DNA of 64,000 bases from Bacilli bacterium. GTDB lineage: Bacteria; Bacillota_I; Bacilli_A; RFN20; CAG-826. The first letter of the stretch is position 1; each line of letters begins with the position of its first letter. Location of the stretch: contig JAFYAZ010000039.1 in NCBI GenBank assembly GCA_017540455.1, positions 5,587 through 69,586 on the forward strand. Reading direction: 5' to 3'. Shown here piece after piece: positions 1 to 8,549 of the stretch. A model generated the notes under the pieces. The model made no database searches. It was not told the origin of the DNA and worked only from the letters and a program-made list of their open reading frames with translations. A program made the translations under genes and the position numbers.

Positions 1-664
1 CGGCCACTCTCTTGATGAGGAGATAGACAAGGCCAACGAGGATGGCGATCTTGCAGGTTTCGCCTAAGGTTCCTGGGACGTTGCCAAGGAAGAGGTCGAG
101 AGGGCTATATTGTCCCCCCGCTAAATATGTTGGGCTGACGGCGACCTCGGTGACACCGGCGAACGGGGCGGTGTAATACATAGTTCCGCCGAAGCAGACT
201 TTGGCGAAGACCATGCCGACGGCGGCAGGGTTGAAAAGGTTGTTGCCGTTTCCGCCGAAGAGGAGTTTGCCGAAGGTGATGCCAGCGGCAGCGCCGATCA
301 TAAGGGCGTACCAGCTAGTGCTAGCAGGAAGAATCATCGCGAAGATGAGGGCGCTAACCAAAGCGGCCAAGAAATTGCTCATCCTGTATGAGGCGATTCC
401 GTATTTGAATCTTTCGACCAATGAGTGTTTTTGCAGATCTACCGGCATCGGATGGGTGACGAGGACGAAGATGAGCTCGGCAAGTTCCATCACGGCGACG
501 GAGATAAGAACGTTTTTAGTCGCGCCTAAAGGCCAGGCGATGAAGGAGAAGACGACGACTGGGAGAAGAGCGATGACGACGTCGAGAAGCATTCCGACGA
601 GGTTGTCTTTCCTCCTCACGTGAGGAGCGCTTTCCTTGATGATTGTGATTGTTTGGTTATCCAT
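1..664 (-). CDS. rnfD: Rnf complex subunit D (RnfD/NqrB family); C-terminal part runs off the window
   Basis: My own minus-strand translation from ATG 664-662 gives MDNQTITIIKESAPHVRRKDNLVGMLLDVVIALLPVVVFSF..., and later ...KLLFGGNGNNLFNPAAVGMVFAKV. This is a polytopic membrane protein with the GG.G.N.FNPA motif of RnfD. It starts about 10 nt after the rnfC stop, matching rnfC-rnfD order. It is absent from the ORF track because it has no stop in the window. The + ORF 201..623 is its antisense shadow. Confidence 0.75.
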   Translation of the reverse strand, partial: MDNQTITIIKESAPHVRRKDNLVGMLLDVVIALLPVVVFSFIAWPLGATKNVLISVAVMELAELIFVLVTHPMPVDLQKHSLVERFKYGIASYRMSNFLAALVSALIFAMILPASTSWYALMIGAAAGITFGKLLFGGNGNNLFNPAAVGMVFAKVCFGGTMYYTAPFAGVTEVAVSPTYLAGGQYSPLDLFLGNVPGTLGETCKIAILVGLVYLLIKRVA

Positions 665-674
665 AAGCATTCCT

Positions 675-1982
675 CTATAGTTTGGCGAGAAGTTTGGCTC
701 TTCTGACATAGTCAGTGACCTGGATCTTCGAGGTGCAGCTATAAGTGCAAAGACCGCATTCGATGCATTTGAGAGGCTCTAAGAGCTTGATCGTGTCTTT
801 GTCCATGGCCTTGACCGCGTTCATGATCTGAACCGGGCGAAGGTGGACTGGGCAAGAAAGGACGCAAGAGCCGCATCTGATGCAGTTCTCTTCCTTTGAT
901 TCATCATGGTCGAGGACGATGATCGAGGTGACGGTCTTCGTGCAGATGCAATCGTCCGATGGGATTGAGGCGCCCATCATCGGACCGCCGAGGATGAAGA
1001 CCTTCTTCCTCTCTGGGTGGACGTATCCACCGCATTTCTCGAGGATGTACTTCATTGGGGTGCCGACTCTGATCGAGAAGTTGGATGGGTATTTGATCGC
1101 ATCGCCGGTGACGGAGACGAAACGCTCAATGACCGGTTTGTTGTATTTGACGTTCTGAAGGAGGCCGACGACGGTGCTGACGTTGAAATCGACGATGCCG
1201 TATTCGCTTGGGAGATGGCCTGAGGCCACTTCGATGCCCGTCGCGCTCTTGATCATGGCGATTTCCCAGCCCTGTGGGTAGAAGTTGCCGACTGGGCAGA
1301 CCTTGATGCCGGAGTCTGGCATGGCGCGCAAGAACTCATCGTAGATGGCGATGATGTCTTTGTATTTGCTCTTGATGCAAAGCCTCGCGTCTTTGGTGCC
1401 AAAAGCCTGCTGAAGGAGCTTGATGCCTTCGATGACCTCTTCTGGCTTCTCAAGCATCATGCGCTTATCGGCGGTGATGTATGGCTCACATTCGACGCCG
1501 TTGATGAGGATGGTTTTGATCTCACGTCCTTTGGTGTCGAATTTGATGTAGGTTGGGAAGGAGGAGCCGCCTAAGCCGACTGAAGCGCATTCCTTGGCGA
1601 TTTGCATGAAGTCTTCTCTCGTGAGCTTAGCGATTTCCTCAGGGGTCCTCTCATGGACCACTGTCTCATCCTCTTCCTCTTTGAAGTCGTTTTTGATGTG
1701 GATGAAGTTCACCATCTTGCCAGAACGGTGAAGGTGTTTCTCGAAACCGAGGAAGGTGCCGCTGACGGTCGAATGGATCGGTTGGTCGAAGAATGGGCCG
1801 TGTCTCATGCCGATGACTTGGTACATCTTGACATGGTCCCCTTCTTTGATCGTTAGGTCCGCTTTCGGGCATCTTGCGTTCTCGAGGGCAATAAAAATAT
1901 CTTCTGGTTCTCCGATATCCACGGTCGGAAGGATCTCTAGAAGATTTCTTGTGTTCTCAATGTGTGTTGTCTTCGCAATCAT
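675..1982 (-). CDS. rnfC: Rnf electron-transport complex subunit C
   Basis: 435 aa. It has the GGSSFPTYIK and INGVECEPYITAD motifs and two C-terminal 4Fe-4S ferredoxin motifs (CIRCGSCVLSCP, CIECGLCTYSC), which is typical RnfC architecture. rnfD follows it. Confidence 0.85.
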   Translation of the reverse strand: MIAKTTHIENTRNLLEILPTVDIGEPEDIFIALENARCPKADLTIKEGDHVKMYQVIGMRHGPFFDQPIHSTVSGTFLGFEKHLHRSGKMVNFIHIKNDFKEEEDETVVHERTPEEIAKLTREDFMQIAKECASVGLGGSSFPTYIKFDTKGREIKTILINGVECEPYITADKRMMLEKPEEVIEGIKLLQQAFGTKDARLCIKSKYKDIIAIYDEFLRAMPDSGIKVCPVGNFYPQGWEIAMIKSATGIEVASGHLPSEYGIVDFNVSTVVGLLQNVKYNKPVIERFVSVTGDAIKYPSNFSIRVGTPMKYILEKCGGYVHPERKKVFILGGPMMGASIPSDDCICTKTVTSIIVLDHDESKEENCIRCGSCVLSCPVHLRPVQIMNAVKAMDKDTIKLLEPLKCIECGLCTYSCTSKIQVTDYVRRAKLLAKL

Positions 1983-2118
1983 TTTTGTCTCCAGCTTATG
2001 CTGGTCCGAATTTTGTACCCTAGTATTTTATCCTATCGGTAAAAAAGTAAAACCCTTTTATATCAATAAAAGAATAACGGTTTGCTTCTTTCCAAATATC
2101 TGACTTTTACTTAAGGAG

Positions 2119-2149
2119 AAAAAAGCCCCCTGCTTCTAAGGCAAAGGGC
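2119..2149 (-). terminator. intrinsic terminator downstream of the S41-like lipoprotein gene
   Basis: The minus-strand hairpin is GCCCUUUGC-cuuagaa-GCAGGGGGC, followed by a U-run (A-run 2119-2124 on +). Confidence 0.6.
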
Positions 2150-2176
2150 TATTTCATAAAGGTTTTGCAATGGTTT

Positions 2177-3880
2177 TTATTCCGCTATCGAGTTGATCGC
2201 GCTTAAGAGGGCCGCGCTATCGTAGAAGTCTTCGTAAGCAAAGTCGACGTCTGGTTCAATGCCATGCTCGATCGAGAGGAAATCCTTCTCGCCGTTTTCC
2301 TTTTCCCCGATGTGCCTCATCGTGTAGGTTGAGCTGATGGTAATGCCTGTGCCATCGGCTAAGACGAGGGAAAGGACGCTGCAGGTTCCACCGCCGGACT
2401 TCTTTCCGATGATTTTTCCTAGATTCATGTCTTTGAAGGTGCTGCTCATGAGGTTAGCGGCGCTGAAAGTGTTTATGCCGGTGAGGAGATACCAATCATA
2501 TTCGTCATATGCGTCTTCGTCCTCATAGTCGTCATCCCCATCGATATCGACGACATAGCTATCGGTGACGAATTCGTTATCTAATGTGTCATAAGTGGAT
2601 AAAGGAATCTTCTCATCGGTCAAAAAGCCAGCGACTTTTTCCATGGCCGCCAAAGAGCCACCGCCATTGAGGCTAAGATCAAGAACGATCTTATTGATTC
2701 CTCCATGGTTCTCAATCTGATTCATGCAGTAATGCATGTAGTGATATGAATCATATTTCCAAGCATCATCTTTCACGTTGTGATCTTTGTCATAGATCTG
2801 CGCGATCGTGCCTACGGAGAAAGAGTCTAAGGTGATGATGGCCATATCATCTTCGAACCTCACTTCTTCAGGACTCGTGAGCACCGCGTCCCTCAGTTCT
2901 TTCTGAATGGCTCTTCTGTCGTAGAACTCACCATAGAAATCACCGAAGTCATTTCTAGTGACTTTCGCTAAGTCAGGATCGCAATAGTAGGATGGGAGAT
3001 CGATTCTCGTATGGAGTTCGTCTAATTGCTTATAGACGATATCCTTGTATGCGGAGTAGTTATCTAGCGGTTTGGATGAATAAAGCTTATTGAGGGTGGC
3101 CTCATCAAGATAATCGATGAAATGCGTATACCCTTTCTCTTCTTTTAGGCCATAAAGAACATCAAAGGTGAAGCAAAGAGAATTGACCGCGGCTTCTCTC
3201 ATCGATTTGGTCTCTGCTTTCTTGTTGTCTACACAGTTATAGTACTGAGGAAGGTTCCTTACTTCCCCAACGGTGACGAAGATCTTTGACCCATTGTAGA
3301 AGAGATTTAGTCCACCCATTGCGCAGAAAAGGGTATTGAGGACGAAGAGAGGCAGCCAGACCATCTGATACCCATCTATGACTTCGAAGCCGTAATCATC
3401 GAGGTCAATCTCAAAAGTCGCGTCTCTATCATAAAAGTCGTTCGTTCTTTCTAAGTGTTCGTTGTAGTTGGTGCTAGAAGCTGCAGCGGAACACCAAAGG
3501 AATTCATAATAGCTAGCGGCCTTTATCGTGTTATCGGTGCTATTAAAAACAATCGGATGGGATTTTCGGTAATACAAAGTGAATATGTCATCGTAATAAT
3601 TGGTTTCATAGGAGAAATTGCCATAGTCGAAATACCCTCTGAAGGCATATAAGAACTCCCATAGTCTTACGTAAGGAACATCCTCGTATTCATTGAAATA
3701 ATGAACGTCAAGTTTGTCTCCGGCGATGTAGTAGTCATCCTCCGCCAGATTGACGATTTGCAGTTCTTTTACATAACAATCCGTTTCAGTGTCATCGACA
3801 AAGCCACAGCCAAAAGGGAAGAAGAAGCAGCTTGAAAGCAACAAAGAAGCAAGAGGGATAAGCAAGAGGCGTTTCTTCAT
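2177..3880 (-). CDS. lipoprotein, S41 (C-terminal processing/tail-specific) peptidase-like
   Basis: 567 aa. The signal is MKKRLLLIPLASLLLSSC (lipobox LSSC). The C-terminal half has LDLSLNGGGSLAAMEKVAGFL, TFSAANLMSSTF and IIGKKSGGGT, which resemble S41 peptidase core motifs (N.GG, SA.E, G..T.G.G). Confidence 0.55.
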   Translation of the reverse strand: MKKRLLLIPLASLLLSSCFFFPFGCGFVDDTETDCYVKELQIVNLAEDDYYIAGDKLDVHYFNEYEDVPYVRLWEFLYAFRGYFDYGNFSYETNYYDDIFTLYYRKSHPIVFNSTDNTIKAASYYEFLWCSAAASSTNYNEHLERTNDFYDRDATFEIDLDDYGFEVIDGYQMVWLPLFVLNTLFCAMGGLNLFYNGSKIFVTVGEVRNLPQYYNCVDNKKAETKSMREAAVNSLCFTFDVLYGLKEEKGYTHFIDYLDEATLNKLYSSKPLDNYSAYKDIVYKQLDELHTRIDLPSYYCDPDLAKVTRNDFGDFYGEFYDRRAIQKELRDAVLTSPEEVRFEDDMAIITLDSFSVGTIAQIYDKDHNVKDDAWKYDSYHYMHYCMNQIENHGGINKIVLDLSLNGGGSLAAMEKVAGFLTDEKIPLSTYDTLDNEFVTDSYVVDIDGDDDYEDEDAYDEYDWYLLTGINTFSAANLMSSTFKDMNLGKIIGKKSGGGTCSVLSLVLADGTGITISSTYTMRHIGEKENGEKDFLSIEHGIEPDVDFAYEDFYDSAALLSAINSIAE

Positions 3881-3920
3881 AGGATGATTTTACAATAAAC
3901 GCTTAACGAAAAACCATAGC

Positions 3921-3989
3921 AAAAAGCCCCCTACTACTTAAGTAAGGGGCTAATTCATGCAGGATTTGCTAGGGATTATTTGGCTTCAG
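3921..3989. repeat. 69-bp direct repeat, copy A (left boundary of inserted island)
   Basis: 3921-3989 matches 8481-8549 at a constant offset of 4560 nt, with 2 mismatches (3952 a/g, 3988 a/g). It contains the hairpin GCCCC-C-TAC...GTA-A-GGGGC with a flanking A-run, which is a minus-strand terminator. It also carries an orphan copy of the last codons plus stop (..EAK*) of gene 8536..11613. Confidence 0.9.
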
Positions 3990-3992
3990 GAT

Positions 3993-4217
3993 TTATAAGG
4001 TATCCGAATTGCCGCTTTTTTTGAGACGATCCTCATACAAAGAGAAAAGGTAGAGGGCCGATTCGCCATATAAACCCGTCTCATCGTCATCGAGCAAATC
4101 GACGACCTCGGAATCATAGAGTCTTTTTCTCGCTTCTTCGAGGCTTAAACCATATTTCTTTGCGATGAGCTCAATGGTCCCTGTTATCAATATGGTTTTT
4201 GCGATTGTGTGTCCCAT
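3993..4217 (-). CDS. small hypothetical protein (possibly DUF3791-like)
   Basis: 74 aa. Its start overlaps the stop of the upstream 105-aa gene by 1 nt. The pattern IELIAKKYGLSLEEARKRLYDSEVVDLLDDDETGLYGES resembles the small helical DUF3791-type proteins of Firmicutes. This is recalled from memory and not verified. Confidence 0.4.
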   Translation of the reverse strand: MGHTIAKTILITGTIELIAKKYGLSLEEARKRLYDSEVVDLLDDDETGLYGESALYLFSLYEDRLKKSGNSDTL

Positions 4218-4534
4218 TATTTGGTGCCTTCCGATAATCTTTTGCCAATGTATTCGTTGATTGCGTCCGCGGACATGCCGTGCATATCTTCGTAATCGTC
4301 TGATAGTTCTTTGATGACTCCATTTTCGTCGAGGTCTCTGAAAACCTCTCTGCTACTCTTTTCGGCAAAAGAGGCATATTGCTCAACGCACATAACGATG
4401 AATCTGTTAATTTCCTTATCAAGAACCATGTTGACGCGACTTTTTCCTCTAATAAGTGAACCTTCATTCAACGCTTTTTCACGTTTTTCAGCCTTCAATA
4501 AGAACGACCGATCATTGATTTTTCGTTCAGACAT
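4217..4534 (-). CDS. small hypothetical protein (possibly DUF3791-like paralog)
   Basis: 105 aa. The segment FIVMCVEQYASFAEKSSREVFRDLDENGVIKELSDDYEDMHGMS has the same helical pattern as its downstream neighbour. It is co-oriented with the helicase gene. Confidence 0.4.
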   Translation of the reverse strand: MSERKINDRSFLLKAEKREKALNEGSLIRGKSRVNMVLDKEINRFIVMCVEQYASFAEKSSREVFRDLDENGVIKELSDDYEDMHGMSADAINEYIGKRLSEGTK

Positions 4535-4624
4535 TTACATTTCCTATATTCACGTAGTAATGTTGGCATATTTTATTACGAATTTAAATACGCGATGCAT
4601 CAAATCATAGGGTCTTGAAGAGTT

Positions 4625-7600
4625 CTATCCCTTTTCTTTGTGATTACACCTTGGGAAATTATGGCATCCATAGAACGGACCATATTTACCTTTTCTTAGA
4701 ATCATGAAATCCCCACACGAAGGACATCTCTTATTTCTTAAAACGGCTTTTGCGTCATCGATCGTATAGTCACAATAAGGATAGTTCGAACAACCATAAA
4801 ACTCTTTACCATTTGACTCATTTATCCTTAAGACTAAACGTCCTTTCTTGCACCGCGGGCACGAAATATCAGTCCTCTTCTCCTCTTCCGTGTGTTTGCC
4901 ATTCAAAACGGCGCATTGATCTTTTATCTCCTCAAGGAAAATTGAAGGGTAGTACTCGTTTGCAATGATGTATGTATAGCTTCTAGTTCTCGTTAAGGCG
5001 ACGTACCATAGACGTCTTTCCTCCGCGTAATCGTATTCGCTCTTGTGACTCAAGACCAAATCAAGAAGCTCATCATCTTCCATCTTGTTTGGGAAACCAA
5101 TTCTGTCGTCGTTCGCGTTAAGAAGAATGACGTAATCCTCTTCGAGGCCTTTGGATCCATGAACTGTGCTGTAGGTTAAGTTGATATCAGGGAAGAAAGA
5201 GCACTTCAAAACCGTCTTGGTCTCGCTTGAAGCTTTGTAGTCAATGCGAATGCGGTTGTCTAACATGATGTCCTCAAGATCTCTGTTGTTTCTTCCTAAA
5301 ACAAGCACGTTCGCCTTTTCTTCTCTCCTAGAGATATCGCTTAGTACATCAAGGAAAGGTTCATACTTCTTTCTCCCTGTGTAATACATAATTTGGACGG
5401 GATTTGCTAAGTGTTTTGCGGAATTGATCTTCTTATCGTATTGTTCCGGATTCTTTTTTATGAACGGGCCAGCGATGTCTTGAAGTTCCTGTGAATTTCT
5501 ATGGGTGGTCGTTATCATCGTGATAGCCGAATCGCCAAAGTATTTTTCGAATTCCAAGAAGATACTTAGATCGCATCCTGAAAACCTGTAGATAGCTTGC
5601 CAATCGTCTCCGACTGCGAATAGCCGCGAATCGCCTTGCAAGATCAACCTCTTTAAGAACTTCATCCTACTAACGGAAATATCCTGAAATTCGTCGACGA
5701 TGATGTATTTATACTTGTAGCCTTTGCAGTTATTGAGCTCTTCAGTTGATTGAAGGATCATATCATCGAAGTCGATTTTTCCTTCTTTTGCCAAATAAGC
5801 GATGTAGTAGTCGTAAATATCTTTGACGATATCAAGGAAAAGGGACGCTCTATGCTTCTCATAAGCGTTTTTGAATGGAGAGCTCTTCAGTTTTTCAAAT
5901 CCGCTATTGTCCCTGTATGAGGCTTTGTATAAGCTCAGGAACGATCTGACTAAGTTAATAAAAGATTTGAAAGAGTATGTCTCATAGACGGAATTAAGGG
6001 CATTGAGGATTTCTTCGTCTGGAAGCGGGTGAAACTCCACTCCCCTTTCTTTCAATTGCGATTCAAGCTTTTCAAAGACGGTGCCATCTTCAAACTCGTA
6101 CGAATATGTTTCTATGCAGTCGGTCTGATATACCTTGTGGATGCCTCTTTTCCAAATCATGGAATTCACATATTGAATAGCTTCTTCCCCGGCATACTGC
6201 GAGGCCTTGCCATCCTTATCAACTCCGTAATGTTCATGATAAATTGGATAATCCTTTAATTTGAAATCTGGCATGTATTGCCTTTTGTCCAGTGTAGAAA
6301 CGTCTTTTTCATAAGGTGCTTCGTATGTGTATTTGATGCCGTTTATGAAATACCAGTTCGCAATAGCCATCTCTTCGAATGACTTAACGAGCTCCTTTTT
6401 GAGTGTCTCTTTAGAGGCAACATTATTAGACAGAGTGAGCAATTGATCTTTAAGAGTTGTGAAATCTAGGCTCTTTAGGTCTTCAAAAAGATCGCCTTCG
6501 TTCTCGTATTCTTTGTCATGCTTCATCGTGGAAAGATACAAGCCGTAGTACATAAGGATGGTTTGAAGCATGTGCGGCCTGTTTTTCATCTCTTCCCTGA
6601 AATAGGCTTCTATGATGGCTTTGTATTGATCCTCCACCATGAATGTGTGGTTACGTGCGTCTTTTAAGATATCGAGACCGATTTTATGGAATGTTCCTAC
6701 TGTTAGCCTCTGGTCTATGGCTGACACTTTTTTCTGGAGATCATCAGCAGATTTTTTTGAATACGAAAGAAGGAGGATATCATTAGGATTCACACCCTTT
6801 TTCTTCAAGAGATATTCGACCTTGCCACATATGGTAAGAGTCTTTCCGCTTCCGGCCCCCGCCACAACAAGAACTGATTTTTCATCAGTCAAAACGGCCT
6901 TTCTTTGTTCATCGTCGAGAAAGCGGCCATTAATGTCATCAAATAGTTGGTCCTTTTTGGCTCGCTCAAAGTATTCTTGGTTATGTTTTTTTACTGCTTC
7001 ATCGAGGTTTGTATGCCTTTCAAAAGCCTCGGATAAATACTCCTTGAAAGTTATTTTCTTCAGCAAATCCGCACTTTTTGATGCAGTTTCACGCTGTCTC
7101 TCACGATCTACATATTCATCTTCGGAAAAAGCAAAGAGTTCTCTATGCTGACAGAGAAGATCGTATTGGTGACAAATTTCTTCGTAACCGATTCTCACCT
7201 TCTCAATGCCACTTAAAAAGGAGGAGTATGACTTCTCGGTAATTCTATATTTCTTAAGCAAATCTGCTACTTCAAGACATTCCGAAAAGAATTCTTTGTC
7301 GGTGTGATTAGGGTTTTTGATGAATGTTTCTAAGTTCCACCACATGACCGCTTCTCTAATGCGGCCCACTTCTTTATTGTGCTCAGCTACCTTTTCAGAA
7401 AAAGCGCCATATTTCGCCTTATCTTTTTTGTACTTTTTGGGAGGAAGCAGCGTGATCTCTTCATAGATGGAAACTATTTTGGGGTCAGTCTCTTCGTTAA
7501 CGATTTCCAAAAAACGGCCCTGTTTCTTGATGTTTCTAAAATATGGCCTGAAAACAGTAAGAACTTTGAAATATAGCTTTAGCCGTCCAAAGATATTCAA
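4625..7600 (-). CDS. helicase IV/UvrD-like SF1 DNA helicase with embedded nuclease-like motif and two C-terminal topoisomerase-type C4 zinc ribbons
   Basis: 991 aa. SF1 motifs are Walker A VVAGAGSGKTLT, motif II IIVDEFQDIS, motif III VGDDWQAIYRFSG, TVHGSKGLEEDYVILL and YVALTRTRS. There is an internal YMPDFKL...YHEHYG (PD-(D/E)xK-like) segment. The C-terminus has CPRCKKGRLV..FYGCSNYPYC and CPSCGDFMIL..FYGCHNFPRC. Confidence 0.8.
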   Translation of the reverse strand: MNIFGRLKLYFKVLTVFRPYFRNIKKQGRFLEIVNEETDPKIVSIYEEITLLPPKKYKKDKAKYGAFSEKVAEHNKEVGRIREAVMWWNLETFIKNPNHTDKEFFSECLEVADLLKKYRITEKSYSSFLSGIEKVRIGYEEICHQYDLLCQHRELFAFSEDEYVDRERQRETASKSADLLKKITFKEYLSEAFERHTNLDEAVKKHNQEYFERAKKDQLFDDINGRFLDDEQRKAVLTDEKSVLVVAGAGSGKTLTICGKVEYLLKKKGVNPNDILLLSYSKKSADDLQKKVSAIDQRLTVGTFHKIGLDILKDARNHTFMVEDQYKAIIEAYFREEMKNRPHMLQTILMYYGLYLSTMKHDKEYENEGDLFEDLKSLDFTTLKDQLLTLSNNVASKETLKKELVKSFEEMAIANWYFINGIKYTYEAPYEKDVSTLDKRQYMPDFKLKDYPIYHEHYGVDKDGKASQYAGEEAIQYVNSMIWKRGIHKVYQTDCIETYSYEFEDGTVFEKLESQLKERGVEFHPLPDEEILNALNSVYETYSFKSFINLVRSFLSLYKASYRDNSGFEKLKSSPFKNAYEKHRASLFLDIVKDIYDYYIAYLAKEGKIDFDDMILQSTEELNNCKGYKYKYIIVDEFQDISVSRMKFLKRLILQGDSRLFAVGDDWQAIYRFSGCDLSIFLEFEKYFGDSAITMITTTHRNSQELQDIAGPFIKKNPEQYDKKINSAKHLANPVQIMYYTGRKKYEPFLDVLSDISRREEKANVLVLGRNNRDLEDIMLDNRIRIDYKASSETKTVLKCSFFPDINLTYSTVHGSKGLEEDYVILLNANDDRIGFPNKMEDDELLDLVLSHKSEYDYAEERRLWYVALTRTRSYTYIIANEYYPSIFLEEIKDQCAVLNGKHTEEEKRTDISCPRCKKGRLVLRINESNGKEFYGCSNYPYCDYTIDDAKAVLRNKRCPSCGDFMILRKGKYGPFYGCHNFPRCNHKEKG

Positions 7601-7616
7601 AGCTAATCACCTCAAG

Positions 7617-8354
7617 TTACTCGTTTATCATTCCTTTTTTGTAGAACTTGAGCTTTCTGCTCATGGAAGCGTTGATGTCCATGATGTCTTTCTCTTCTAA
7701 GCAGATGACGGTGACTTTGAGCTCCTTATACACCTTCATCTTGTAATTCTTCGATTTGGTGTATTCTTTGTTGCTCTCGTTGTATCCCCAGTATTCGATA
7801 TAAACATCATCTGTGTCGTCTCCATAGCCAGGGAGGCAGAAATCAGGATGAAGGTCATGATTCTCATTGGCGTCAATCGGAAGCTTTTTCTCGTAAGCGT
7901 GAGGAATGTTATGGTCAAAGAGCCAGTTGTCGATGATCATCTCGGACTTTGATTTAACGATGTGGCCGTCGGTGCAAGTGAACTTGCCCTCGTAGGAATC
8001 GTCAAGGATGGTGATGTCCTTGCATTTGTTGATCTCGACAAGCAACTTCTTATCGGCATATTTCTTGTAACAGGAAACACAGAAAAGGAATCCTGGCTTG
8101 GTTTCTTTACCGCAGGCAATGCATTTGGCAACACCCTTTTGCTCCTGAATAGGTTTTTCCTCTTTAGGCTCGACATAATCCTTGTTGAGGACTTTGCCAG
8201 TCGCTTTATCGATGAAGAGGCCTTTTTCGTTGACCACAATCTTTTCGGCCTTGAGTTCGTCGGCATGCTTGGCGCAAAGCCTGTCTTTGCGGGCATTGCC
8301 CATATAGACTCTCGTAGGTTGTCCACAGATAGGGCACTTCAACTCTTCCTTCAT
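7617..8354 (-). CDS. zinc-ribbon protein with C-terminal PD-(D/E)xK (Vsr/DUF559-like) nuclease-fold domain
   Basis: 245 aa. It has CPICG...C..H and CIACG...CVSC zinc-ribbon pairs. The C-terminal SKSEMIIDNWLFDHNIPHAYEKKL...HPDFCLP...VYIEYWGY matches the S.SE / YE / PDF / hEhhG pattern of restriction-endonuclease-fold domains. A GGGAGG RBS precedes the start, which lies 16 nt upstream of the helicase gene. Confidence 0.6.
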   Translation of the reverse strand: MKEELKCPICGQPTRVYMGNARKDRLCAKHADELKAEKIVVNEKGLFIDKATGKVLNKDYVEPKEEKPIQEQKGVAKCIACGKETKPGFLFCVSCYKKYADKKLLVEINKCKDITILDDSYEGKFTCTDGHIVKSKSEMIIDNWLFDHNIPHAYEKKLPIDANENHDLHPDFCLPGYGDDTDDVYIEYWGYNESNKEYTKSKNYKMKVYKELKVTVICLEEKDIMDINASMSRKLKFYKKGMINE

Positions 8355-8480
8355 AACGATATGCCTCCCTTGGTTGGCTTAATGGAGAACTTAAGTATCT
8401 CCATTGTTGTTTTGGTTTTCTGGAAATATATTAGCAAAAAGGAGGCGACGATTAATAGGTTTCCTTACAATCCGTTTAGA

Positions 8481-8549
8481 AAAAAGCCCCCTACTACTTA
8501 AGTAAGGGGCTGATTCATGCAGGATTTGCTAGGGATTATTTGGCTTCGG
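8481..8549. repeat. 69-bp direct repeat, copy B (right boundary of island; functional 3' end and terminator of gene 8536..11613)
   Basis: See copy A. This copy includes the stop codon at 8536-8538 and the last four codons of the 1025-aa gene. Confidence 0.9.

Larger units (their letters stand above)
3990..8480. mobile_element. putative ~4.5-kb inserted accessory island (4 genes, no recombinase) bounded by the 69-bp direct repeats
   Basis: It is flanked by duplicated target-like sequence (3' end of a gene plus its terminator). The interior looks clearly more AT-rich than the flanks by eye. The cargo is a helicase, a nuclease and two small proteins. Confidence 0.5.

Noticed and set aside
201-623. 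140-aa + strand ORF at the left edge
   Set aside because: It lies entirely antisense to the much better supported rnfD reading frame (RnfD motifs, continuity with rnfC). Its composition is typical of a shadow ORF.
3990-8480. Search for integrase, transposase, inverted terminal repeats or a tRNA attachment site in the island
   Set aside because: None was seen in any frame. It is therefore called only a putative insertion and not a defined mobile-element class.
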